The notes beneath the pieces are model-generated. The model made no database searches. It was not told the origin of the DNA and saw nothing but the letters and a program-made list of their open reading frames with translations. A stretch of DNA of 64,000 nucleotides from Ophelia neglecta (Eukaryota), in assembly GCA_965285935.1 (NCBI GenBank), contig OZ260662.1:43400001-43464000 (forward strand), written 5' to 3'. Below are positions 41,299 through 53,530 of the stretch, one piece after another (positions within the stretch are counted from its first letter, which is position 1; each line of letters begins with the position of its first letter). Position numbers and translations under genes: made by a program.

Positions 41299-42278
41299 GA
41301 CGAAAGGCTGATTCCGAAGTACTAATTCAATCAGCCCATCTGCTGTAAATTACAGCCAAGATATAATAACACATGCCTCCCTAAGGTACAACATAACCCT
41401 ATGGAATGGTAAGATTTTCGGTGGAGACATGCTTTTCAAACCATCACGGAACAGGAAAAGGTTGATTAGAAAGTTGAAAAGAAAACGAAAACAAAATGGA
41501 CACCGCACTTGTCGACATAGTCCTAATTAATTAATATTAACCTATGTATCTTGCACAATAATCGATATCTTTCGATATGAACAGTGATTCTGGTTGCTAG
41601 GCACAATTGCATGGGCACAAGTAATTTCAATGACGTGTACATGTTAAAATGACCGATGAGGGTTTTTTATGTAAAATATTTCTTCTCAAATCCATTTTGT
41701 CCAACTACTCAAGAAGAGAGATTCAATCCCGGAGGGAGTATTGTTATGAGTGCAGCCTCGGCATCCATCTATCAGCATAGTGGCGGAAGCTCGGAGCAAA
41801 TTAGGCCTTCAATCTATAAGGATAAAATAAGAACCTTGGAGGCAGTTCAAGCTATTCCTGGGGGTATCGGTCGCGGTCAGAGATGTCAGTGTTATAGTGT
41901 CCCACAGCTCTTTGATGCACGGCAGGATAACATTTGCTAATGTAGATTGCCAAGACCAAAATGATTCCTGCAATATGTTATCACGAAAGGAAGCAATACA
42001 ATTTAGTCTGCTGATGGATCCGGAAGCAACTTGTAGGCTACCGCTGTTATTTAAGCAGACTTATTTTCTTTATAAATCGAGCATATTCTAAATAATGTTA
42101 CATACTGCTTAGCTTTTACCCCCAGCTGCTACATCCGGATCAGCCTGTAAGCCTAACTAAGGAAAGGCAAAATTTGGAAGATACATTTATGCTGTTTCCC
42201 GAGCATTTTTATCTGACTGGGCTCACCCATCTTTAGCTGCGAGTGTCCTCGATGTAAAGAGGCCTATATTTTTTTTTA

Positions 42279-42935
42279 TTAAGGCAGAGGGGTGTTGTCA
42301 GCAATCTTATGAATAATTTTGAGATATATAATTCTCCCTTTGGCATCCTTTCTCGCTAGTCCTTGTATAATATCTTGTATACCTTTACTGTCAGAGCAAT
42401 ATTGCCGTGCGTAATTTCTTTGCTCTGAGATAGTAAAGAAAACATGTGCTGGAGCAATACTCTTGTCTGTGCACTTATCTTTTATATAAACCTGTTCTCT
42501 GCGCAAACACAAGAACCCAGAAAAAGTGTTTGTTTTTGAAGAGGAAAACCGGTCGTCATGGCATGAGAAAAAGGGTTTGATTTTTGAGCTTACTAAGCAA
42601 AGCTTATCCACCATAGCTGTGAAATAATTAACTACCTTCATAACCTTGTGGTATTTCACAGGTTCCTGCATTCAAGGTTCACCACATTTAGTAAAACATT
42701 TAGACCAAAACGGATGCAAAATAAAAAATTGGACAAGCTAGGCAGGCCTATAGCATGTGTGAACACATCGGAGATTTAAGTCTTCCATGCAGAAGCATAG
42801 ACAGGTTACTTGGTAGTTTCCAGTGAGAGGCTATTTACTGCTTGTTTTTGTCTTTTATCTTTAACACTTTCTCTCGCGCAAAACTTCTACAGCTCCATGC
42901 AACCACGGTGCACTTAGGAGATTTTAAGTGACATC
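42279..42935 (-). pseudogene. Possible decayed A32/FtsK-like packaging ATPase (Polinton/Maverick-like)
   Basis: Ordered degenerate motifs: LKSPKCTVVAWSCRS (Walker-A region), ISDVFTHAIGLPS, MVDKL (Walker-B position), QVYIKDK, RNYARQY..KDAKGRIIYLKI. Recognised by eye only. Confidence 0.35.
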
Positions 42936-43521
42936 TATTTTCATTTTTATGCAAATTGTGTCTGCCTCTTCCTTCGGAACTAGAGCTAAGCAGATAGTTG
43001 AGAATGTTAACGCATAACAACAAAGTACCATTCGAAATCTTTGTGAAAATCATAAAGAACGACAATGGCGATATCATATTTTGTCGTAACGTTTTAAGTG
43101 TATTTATTTTATTTATCCTAAAGGAGGATTTCCAGAGAACGTAGACAAAATTAATTTCAATGTGATTTGATTTATTCATAATGTTACAGAACAGCGAAAT
43201 TATCTCTGGGAAACCTCTCACACAGATGCACTTCAGTTTGGTTTACAATGCATTGTATCATTCATCTGCATTTGGAAATAGAATCATAATAATTTACGAG
43301 GACATTGTCTCGTCTGAGCGCAGCACAGCAAATCATGTTCTGATGTCCAAGGCACATGCATCAAAGCATGGCGAAGCCGAGAAGACTTTGCTCGTGTATG
43401 CCCTCTAACATCACTATACCTCCATAGTTCTTAGGGCACATATCTCTAACCTCGTGTAATCAATGGTAATTATCAGGTCTATCATGCGACAAAAACCTCT
43501 ATATCCTAGGAACTGATAGCG

Positions 43522-43920
43522 TTATGCCAGCTACATAAAGTCTGGAGGCTAGTGGTGCGAAAAAAAACTACTCGAAGCATCAAATGTGTAATCTATGCAT
43601 GAGTGACGCCCTCACATGGTGAACGCTAATTGGCCCAGAAAGCAAATGACGCTTGACCTGCTTTCGGCGATGACGTCACCACCAGAAGGCAGCGGCACCC
43701 AGGGACACAGTGCTCTGGCAAAACGCGTCACTTGCCTTCGGGTTTAAATAGGTCAAACGTCATACATATCAAACCATTTAGAGGCAGCTTTTTTTTAAGC
43801 ACACCAATTACACATAGACCATATGTGCGTCAGCAGTAGCTTGTGCACACTGTTTTCTAGCATCGTATGATTTTAAACCTTTTTTTCTGAAAGTCTCCAG
43901 ACTTTATGTGGCTGGTATAA
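43522..43920. mobile_element. MITE-like element with ~29-bp imperfect TIRs
   Basis: Left end TTATGCCAGCTACATAAAGTCTGGAGGCT versus reverse complement of the right end TTATACCAGCCACATAAAGTCTGGAGACT (3 transitions). Exact TSD and superfamily are unclear. Confidence 0.8.
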
Positions 43921-46900
43921 GTTGAAAGATTAAATCACCACCTCTATTCTTCGGTTATATTGTTAAAGAAGTCTATTCGACCCACAACCATTGTTAAAAC
44001 GGTAATTGTATGTTGCCTGGCTCGCAAAATTAGCCCGCTGACCAAGCTAGGTCACCAATAAAATTGCCTACTCTGTCTACCGACTCATTTGTTTGTGGTC
44101 CAGATCACATTTTGGAAAAATGTTGATTACGTGTTACTGCTAGTGATGTAATGTTTATATATGTTTTCATCTGGTTCAGTCGTCAATTTGACTTTATTTC
44201 GTATGTGCCAATGAAAAATTGAACTTTTGACACGCTCAGGTATATACGTTTCCTAATGAATATAGACCGATTGAAAGGCGTTTTCCTCGCAATAAACGAA
44301 AGTGTTTTGTCAGCGTGGCGCCCCACCGTAATCATTGCAATTGGACAAGTGATTTACATTCCATCAAATGGCACTAAGCTATTCACACGACACTACCGGT
44401 CTTCGTTACATAAAGCTTCTTTAATTAGGACTTAGCGGAGGATTGTGTCTGACGTCCACTTCAGAAGCAGAATAAACCTGCAGTAATCGGTACTGACTTC
44501 GAGCATTACAAAACTTTAGTGGCAAACCAATGAGCCAAACTTACTGTGTCTACCATAATACATCTCTTTCAGTGCCTTCTTTCGTGTCCTATCAGAAGAG
44601 CAAGGAACCAGGAAGGTCTTTATCGTGACTATATGGGACACCGTATAAGTGAGCTATAGGCACATGACATGTCTTTGCTTCTCCCCAAGTTGGTTTCATC
44701 AGTTTTGTAACAGGGCAGATCTGATGAAATAGGGCGGCCGATGTTTTGGGAAGCGCTTTCTGTGATTTCACCTTTAACATATGGGCACAGAACTTATCGG
44801 TGAGACTAAATTGTCGGCTTTTTAATGCCGCATCTGCCTCCGATTTCTTTGTAAAAACAGAAAAGGGTGAAAAAACTTAAATAAAACACAAACAGCTGTG
44901 CCCCTCCTCAACTTGCTGCCGGGCAAAGTAAGTCTACATGTAGGATATGGAATAACCCCCCCCCCCCCTCCCCCAGCAATAAAATTAAACCCATCGAATG
45001 ATTGATATATTTATATATTTTTGAGATTATGTATGATCCTACGCCACGCACCAAAATAAAAATAAACGGTTGGTTCATGATCAGGAATATTTAAGCCTTT
45101 GGTCCCTAAAATAATATTTCAACACTATTTAAAGGGGGAATCTCGGGTTCTTCTGAATGAACATTTCGTGTCGGCTTGTTTCCTTGATATGTATCTGTCT
45201 GTTACTTGTCTACAATATCTTGAAGTTAGTTACCCAGAAATCGCGGTCGATGTTGCCTTGTGCGATACATTCAGAAAATGTCCAATACTCGAACTATTTG
45301 TGACTTTGAAAATGCAATACACCGGAATACTAAAACCTTATAGATAAGCAAGACTAAGATGTCAGATACCCGTTGATACATACTGGTCATGGAACGAGGT
45401 GATGGTATGAAATTGGTATGACTTGCGGTAATGGATGATGTGAGAGAGTACATGTACGTGGGATGCCTTTAATAATGATAAACTGAACTAATCCTTAATT
45501 GCTTTTAGTAGCTCGGTTTAGTGTGTATCTGGTCATATGTTTTCTTAGGCTTTCTAGTGTGTCAGCATTGGGCTTTGCAAATATGTACAACCTCAGAGGC
45601 CTACTTGTATCTTGGTTTCAGTGTATAAAAAGCCCGAGATCAGCGACCTCGTTTTGCGTGACCCTATTTTATACATTTTTTAAATCAGCAGCCATACTGT
45701 TTTATCCTTTTTACCCTGACTCTTCCGGCGTACAAATAACAAGGTCTAATGAACGCTTTGCCTTCCAATTTACAACAGACAATACACAGGAGCAGTGCTC
45801 CCACGATTCCAGAGTGGGACAACTCATTACGTTTCTAACACATGTTGCTATACACAATCCAAACATAATTGCTTTGGGCATTGTCACGAAATGGCGTCGG
45901 CTGTAGCCGACAGTAAACATCCCCCATCTTTCTAAAGATGCAATGTACCAGTTGCGACTTCTTCCTAAAGACCAAAGCTCTTTTTATAACTATAATTTTT
46001 TTCTACTGCTTCAGTTTTGCTATATGGTACGAACGCAATTTAGCGTATACAGCGGATTTGTTACTTAACTTCATATAGGCCTACTATACGTATAAATGCA
46101 ACGCTCTGGGTCGGTGCTGCTTGCTTAGTATATTGATGTTCGCTCTTTGCTCTCTGGGGTAGCAAAGGTGCTTTGAGCATGTGCAGTGATATGTTGTTGT
46201 TTTTTTTTACATAAATTGATATTCAAATTGAACTAGTAGGCGCATATATACATTTTAAACTAAGAACGCATTCGTGTTGTGATTTAGTCTTTATTTGGTA
46301 CGCTTGAAACAGCGTAACTAGGTTTATTACCCATCGTTTACCCTTTAACTACCATTTTCTTGCAAGAAAAGAATTTTTGATACAAAGCAAACAATGCATG
46401 AATATAACTATAAATATTATTGTATATATGCATAATGCATGCCTTTGTGTACACATAAAGTGAGAGCTAAGTGTTGAGTACTATGAAACTTAGTCGAATT
46501 ATTTCAATTAGTTCAATTCAGTCTAATTCGGAATATATTTGATATAATCACAAGAAGAAAAAGTTTTGTCTTTTGTTAAAAGAGACACAGAAAGAAGGTA
46601 TGTTCAAATCTGTGAAATATACACATTTAATATTTTTTTTTATTTAGCCAAAATATGATTTAGAGGCGTTCTAGTAGGCAGAATACCATTCCTATGCATA
46701 AGCAGACAAGACAACGCTATTGCATGTGAGTAATATATTGGCAAATAACCAAAGAAACTGCCAATTATAAAAACTAATGCTGCTCATTTTTCCCTACGTA
46801 AAATACTTTTCCCAGTAAACAAAATAATATCATTCATCCATTATTCGCCATCTAATGATCAATGAGGCGTTAATGGAGATAACTATTTATACATAAAACA

Positions 46901-47689
46901 CAACCGGTATTATCTAAATAGCTGATGTCTTGTGCATGTCTATACGTGGGGTACTGACATTTAGTATGCCTTTGAAGGATAGAACTTATACTCTTATGCA
47001 TGTAAAAAGTGTACGCCAAGTGTGGTATTGACGAGTACTGCAATCTCCCAAGTCAAAGATAAATATTGCTGAAGATGACATTAGAATTGCCCAAAGATAT
47101 GTTTTGAATTAATGACTTGGTGCGCAAGAGGCAGTCCGATCAATCCAAGTGTATCTCCAAACTGGCATAATTAGACCGGTGCCTTTTGGTACCTAAATCA
47201 TTCGAAACTAGACAGTCTATTAATGGTAATAATGTGGCTAGTTGTCTGTACGTCGCGGAAGAATGATGAGTTATATATGCACTTTTTTGGTCATTTTCGG
47301 CGGTGATAGTAAAGCATTGCTTTCACCTGCTGGTTAAAAATAAGATGTCTGGAGCAGACTTGTGACCTTCAATAAACAGTCTCCTATGTTTTTTTCTAGT
47401 TATTTGCCGATCGTGCCAATGTAAGATGTAAGCTTATTGTGATTGGTCGCCTTTATTCTACCATAATGGGTCCCTTACAAGAACGGCATCTAATATAAAA
47501 AAAAACACCGAATCCCTTTTTCGGTTAGCAGATAGGAAAACAAACTTTGTTTCAATGGGATAAAGTGGGTCTGAGTTTTAGCTTATTAACATATTGGGTT
47601 GTTGAGGTGATTACGGGTAAACATAATATTCATTCTCCTTCCTAAAATAAGCTATATTTTAATGGCTCGATAATCTGATAATTCAAATA

Positions 47690-47866
47690 CAGTGAAACCC
47701 GTGAATTAAGACCACCCAAGGGACAGGAAATTACTGGTCTGATTTTAGAGGTAGTCTGTTTAAACAGGTTATTTTTCAATGAAGGTATACAAGTTGGCCT
47801 TCATATTAGTGGTCTGAATGACAGATCGTCTGATTAGAGAAGTGGTCTTTAAGGCGGGTTGTACTG
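47690..47866. mobile_element. Tc1/mariner-pogo-like MITE, degenerate
   Basis: Reads TA|CAGTGAAACCCG...CGGGTTGTACTG|CA: imperfect TIRs starting CAGT, a TA target on the left (right copy altered), and internal GTGGTC/GACCAC subterminal repeats. Confidence 0.7.
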
Positions 47867-50290
47867 CAGACTTTGAATTGAAAACCATGTCATGGTCTCT
47901 CTGCTGCTCATTTATTGTAGTGCAGAGAAAGCCACATATATTGACAAACACATTATTCTCGGAGCACCTGCCGCCAATTCACTATGAATGATCAGTTTAC
48001 ATGTCACTGACACGCAGTTTACTTATATATAAAGAAAAAAAGCATTCCATCGAAAGCATAAAGAACACAGAAGCGAAACATGAAGTCATATTCTGTTCAC
48101 GCTACCAGCTGGATAGTGCCCATTCCCAGGGCCGGATTTATATGACCAGAAGAGAGTACATAATGGTTGTAAGTTAAGTATTCATTAAATTTAAATGATA
48201 ATGAGAGCGCCTGTCTTAATTATGGCTTATCCTAGTTCAATTGATAACATTTAGCGGTACTTACAGTGGAATCCTGGATGTGCAGCCGTTCATGACCTAA
48301 ATGACCCGTTATAACATGCAATAGATACGGATTAGCTCTCTAAGTTTAAAAATTGCATAGTCTATTTGGTATATCATTAATGATAAGCATCTGCCCTGTT
48401 TGATTTGAATGATTTTTCCGAGCTGCATATTTTATAAAATCGGAGAATCATAAATCTTCAATCTAAATAGCCGGCAAATTTATCAATATATGCTGAGACA
48501 CATAACTTTCTATGGTAAAATCATTTATCCCTTGTCGATGTAGTGTTAATCTTTTTCTGAGCGACATTTTGCCCTTTGTAATGATTCTTGCATCCTTTGA
48601 ATTGCAACACATATAAATTCTCGGTCGTGCATTTCATTGAATAGTAAACGAATCGCTCTCTATTATATGCTCACATGTTCCGCAGGAAGGATTCATCGCA
48701 CTGAGTTACTTCTGGGTATATATCTATGTTTTTTTAAATTAGAATTTAGAAAGTTAGAATTTTCTTCACATTTAGAAACTGCCTATTGCTATTGATGATG
48801 TTTTTTTCAAGCATTTTTTTGGCATCGCAGATATCCGTCTAGCACTTAAATTGTTGATCTGGTAACGTTAAAGTTTCTACATTATTAGGAATATGTGTGG
48901 AGACAAATGTGATGACACTCGTGTCTAAGGATTTATCCCGGACGAGTCGAAGCTCTTCAAAACGGCGGAGTTTAGCCGGTTTTCAGCCGTTCTCAATCAT
49001 AGCCGCCGGAGACTTTCTTTCTATAAGTGACACCATTTATTTATTAAATCTAATATCCCAAATTTCAAGAGCCGTAAAAATAGTGCAAATTCTGTGGGCC
49101 ATATAGTAGGGAATGTTATGTTTAGAATGTCTAAGTTGGCAGCTCGTAAAATGGAGGTATTGTTTACTGTCTGTCTCTTTGCCTTTTCATATATAGGTCT
49201 AAAGATTTATATAGATTTTATTTTAAATTTAACTCGTGAAAAACGTTTATCTAAGCATCTGTTTTTGAAAGTTGTCATTCGTCAACGTGCAACAGGCTTG
49301 TCTACTTTTTGCTTATGTAGTAAGAGCGACATATTGTATATTTTGGATTGAATAGCACAGGTGGGGCCCAAATTCTCTGTTGAATTGTCATTTGTTGAAT
49401 TGGCATTTGTATGGAGTAACGAAATATAATTTATGGAAATGGGGTGGCGTGGGAGAGGGGGGGGGGTAGGAAATCAATACCTTGGAACGCAGTACCAATT
49501 ATTTTTCACAGGTGGCCTTTATTGGCCTGTTCAATTATAGTAATATGTATAAGCCTGTTCCATATTTTCCTGTTTATTTCTCTTAATGAGTTTTATATTA
49601 TGACTCCCTTCTGGAGTTACCTGTAAGGGTATGGTATCTATAATATGCCTTACAACCATTCTCCCCTTTGCATATGTCCTGTTTAGGCCAAATGATATCG
49701 CTGAGAAAGTAGCTCGACAAACTGGGGTGCACTCTATAGGCCTATATGGTAACCTCGACATCCAGGCTGTGACAAGTCCCAGATTGAAACCACCCGGTAT
49801 TAAGTTTGACCGAGATCTAGATGTTGTATCAGGTCCTTACTGTTTTAGGAAGCCACATAGGTTTGACGTCTCAGTTTCAAAGACTACAACGCAATACCTT
49901 TCCTAATATTCCTTGACAACCTGTCAAGCTTTAGTTAGCAGTGCCGAAAGAAATTTGCCAGTGTATTTTCATACCCTGCTACGAAACCGGTTTTTTAATA
50001 TGGGCTCTTGCGTATTTCAGTTGCTAGTATTTACTAGGAAAATACAGACAAGAGCGTATAATATTGAAATTAATATTGGTTGAAAGGAACGTGAAATTAT
50101 CAGAAATAATTTCGGGCATTGGTGTTAAAATAAACTCACAGGTGTTGTTGCATAGGTAATATGTTATATGTTTTATGAGGCCCCATTCGTGCCACCTACA
50201 TGTATTTTTCCGAGAAGAGATGTTTAATTCAGGGTAGGACATGTTTTATTTCTGGGTAAGAGATGTATATTTCGGGTTAAGCTATAGGAC

Positions 50291-50432
50291 TATCTTGCGG
50301 CCGCAACTTACGTATTTTGCGGCCGCAAGATAGTATGTTGCGGCCGCAAGATAATAAGTTGCGGCCATACTATCTTGCGGCCGCAACATATTATATTGCG
50401 GCCGCAACATACTATCTTGCGGCCGCTAGATA
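50291..50432. repeat. Array of ~21-bp palindromic monomers (consensus TATCTTGCGGCCGCAAGATA), copy 1
   Basis: GCGGCCGC occurs at 50297, 50319, 50340, 50377, 50398 and 50419, plus a truncated unit at 50361. Confidence 0.95.
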
Positions 50433-51211
50433 AGTGAGGGATTACACACAGTGGGATAGTTGAAGCGTTATCTATCAATTAACGATATGAAGCCTGTTCC
50501 ATAGTTTCCTGTTTATTTCTCTTAATGAGTTTTATATTATGACTCCCTTCTGGAGTTACCTGTAAGGGTATGGTATCTATAATATGCCTTACAACCATTC
50601 TCCCCTTTGCATATGTCCTGTTTAGGCCAAATGATATCGCTGAGAAAGTAGCTCGACAAACTGGGGTGCACTCTATAGGCCTATATGGTAACCTCGACAT
50701 CCAGGCTGTGACAAGTCCCAGATTGAAACCACCCGGTATTAAGTTTGACCGAGATCTAGATGTTGTATCAGGTCCTTACTGTTTTAGGAAGCCACATAGG
50801 TTTGACGTCTCAGTTTCAAAGACTACAACGCAATACCTTTCCTAATATTCCTTGACAACCTGTCAAGCTTTAGTTAGCAGTGCCGAAAGAAATTTGCCAG
50901 TGTATTTTCATACCCTGCTACGAAACCGGTTTTAATATGGGCTCTTGCGTATTTCAGTTGCTAGTATTTACTAGGAAAATACAGACAAGAGCGTATAATA
51001 TTGAAATTAATATTGGTTGAAAGGAACGTGAAATTATCAGAAATAATTTCGGGCATTGGTGTTAAAATAAACTCACAGGTGTTGTTGCATAGGTAATATG
51101 TTATATGTTTTATGAGGCCCCATTCGTGCCACCTACAAGTATTTTTCCGAGAAGGGATGTTTAATTCAGGGTAGGACATGTTTTATTTCTGGGTAAGAGA
51201 TGTATATTTCG

Positions 51212-51410
51212 TGTTAAGCTATAGGACTATCTTGCGGCCGCACCTTTCGTATTTTGCGGCCGCAAGATAGTATGTTGCGGCCGCAAGATAATAAGTTGCG
51301 GCCATACTATCTTGCGGCCGCAACATATTATCTTGCGGCCGCAAAATACGAAAGGTGCGGCCGCAAGATAGTCCTATAGCTTAACATACTATCTTGCGGC
51401 CGCAAGATAA
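51212..51410. repeat. Palindromic monomer array, copy 2, containing a long inverted repeat (51212-51386)
   Basis: GCGGCCGC occurs at 51234, 51256, 51277, 51314, 51335, 51357 and 51396, plus a truncated unit at 51298. The arms are ~80 bp and their outer ~58 bp are perfectly complementary. Confidence 0.95.
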
Positions 51411-53334
51411 GAGAGGGATAGGCCTATCACACACAGTGAGATAGTTGAAGCGTTATCTATCAATTAACGATATGAAACACATGTTTAGAATCATCACCAT
51501 TTGTGTTAAATAACAGTCGTATTGGCAGATGTTTTTTCTATACATTTGACGGACTTTTTGAGTAAGTTTTTGGAAGAGCCATAATTAGAAAGGAATTAAC
51601 TTTCTGGAAGTGATTCTAGTTAATGCCGTGGAACAATTCGTCCTCAAAACCAATATTTAGTATATACAATATGTTTTTGCTCGAGAAGCCAGGTCGTAAC
51701 CATGGCCGGCAATCAGACCTTGGTTGTACCTCGTTCATAGAAATAAAAAAGAAATCTGAAAAGTACATTCGGCCTTTATATGTAAATCTTGGTCGGAGTA
51801 TAGTTGCTACCTTAAAGTTTAGTAAATTTTGTTACAGTACCTGTAAAATATGCAAGGTATAACACCTGTTCTAACACCTGTTCTAACTTGAAACTTGTAT
51901 CACCGGCGATACTAGAATTTACTGACCAACGAGACCAGTAGACCCTTCTACTACAACTAAGTAAGTAAATAAGTATTTATTGGCCTGAGTGACATACAAA
52001 CACACTATAAGACACGCATAAAAAGCATTGCAAAAAATAGTTATTACATAATACATAGCATGTAATCAGAGTCGAATACCGTATACAATAATGTACAAGA
52101 AGATTCCGATGTTCTAGATGAGATCCAAAAGAATAGTCAATAGTTCAAAAACTTCCAGTGGCTTTATAATTTTTCTACTGTGGACACCTTGTCGAGTGGA
52201 TGGGGGTGATAGTGTTTATGCAGTCTAGACGCAAGGGACAGACGGTAAGCTCTTAATAGGCTATGTGTTTATGGGCGTTTAAGAAATACACATAGGCATA
52301 CATGTATATATGATTCGACCTGTTTATTGAAAGCGTTCGACATTCATGAGCACTCTTAAGGGTTCCTTCATATCAACAGATAATCGATTATTCTCTTTTG
52401 GACTGGTAACGTTTAGGTTCAAGAGACTAGTGTTTAAAGGGCTTCACAGTAAAAGATTGCAATATTTAGCTTAAATTAATTCCGCCAATCATATAACTTA
52501 TTTAAGAGGTAATATGGGTCTGCACGTTTTCCTGATCAGTCACAATTGAGCGTGTCTGACCAGGACCTCCTTAAAAATGGCAACATCTTATTGCGCTGTC
52601 GAGTAGATCTGAAATCTCTTTGCACTTCAGACGGCAGGTACATTTAAATAATTCAAAGGTAATGGATCGGGTTTATCATCTTGCTCCAGATAAGAATGCT
52701 CACACGTCGGTACAAAGTACCGCCTGACAAATCGTGATGGACGCGGTCATTCATTTCTTTACTGGGCTATCTCAGATCCCCCTGGGGCATAGGCTTACAG
52801 GGCACAATCGCTTTTACGCCAAAGAACTCTGTTTCATTCGTCCGCCATTTACATCGTGAAGCATACAAATTAACCCTGTGCGGTACAGGTTAGTAGTTTC
52901 ACATTAACGATTGAGCCACAAGTCCATCATAGACTCGCCCATGGCGTATTTATTTTCGTCCTATCTGGAAAATGTGAGTTACTTTAGCTTTATTTTTCTA
53001 TTCGACGTTCGTTTCAAGCACATTACAGTTATGAAAAAGCGGCCAAAGAGTATGATGGAGCTAGAAAAAGACATTAGATTTTAGTTTTAGTTAAAACTAA
53101 AAATGAGTTTAACATTAATGTTGATTACCGGGTCATCCTATGAGCGCTGCTTGGACACCTCGGGCTCTACCACACCCAACATCTCACGCTGCTGGCCGTC
53201 TCCTTATTCTCTGAGATTGGCATCCTCTTTTTAAAACCCGTCTTGCGTGGTATATATCAAGTCAAAATTTCGAGAGTAGTTTGAATCTGTGTCTATTCCA
53301 ACCATTCGCGCGAACGTCGGGGTAGCTTTAGATT

Positions 53335-53530
53335 CCTGCTATTCGAGAAACATTCCAAAAGAGAACGAATAGGGAAGTACCTATTCGAGAAGCGCACGGA
53401 GAGGCTACTCGGGAAGGTTTGATATATTCGGAAGGGTCTCGAAAAGAGTTCGGTGAGTGTTCGGAAAGACTCCGGTACAAAAGTATACCGAGGAACCGAT
53501 CGAGCTGCACTCGGAAAGGATTCGGAATTA
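53335..53530. repeat. Degenerate ~11-bp-period YTCGRRAAG repeat tract
   Basis: Units include ATTCGAGAA (x2), CTCGGGAAGG, TTCGGAAGGG, CTCGAAAAGAG, TTCGGTGAGTG, TTCGGAAAGAC, CTCGGAAAGGA and TTCGGAA. Confidence 0.6.

Larger units (their letters stand above)
49551..51476. repeat. Head-to-tail tandem duplication, unit ~939 bp (copy 1 49551-50489, copy 2 50490-~51476)
   Basis: AAGCCTGTTCCAT starts both copies (49551, 50490) and both end ...CTATCAATTAACGATATG. The ORF track shows the same 91-aa ORF at 49631 and 50570 (offset 939). Confidence 0.97.

Noticed and set aside
45499-45906. 135-aa ORF with a hydrophobic, signal-peptide-like start
   Set aside because: It has a non-ATG (TTG) start, no homology cues and a composition typical of AT-rich non-coding DNA.
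49531-51179. Duplicated 91-, 76/73- and 72-aa ORFs as a gene pair
   Set aside because: Their identity follows from the DNA duplication; they have no recognisable domain and overlap each other on opposite strands.
50291-51410. Palindromic repeat arrays as a CRISPR array
   Set aside because: The monomers abut with no unique spacers, there are no cas genes, and the context is eukaryotic.
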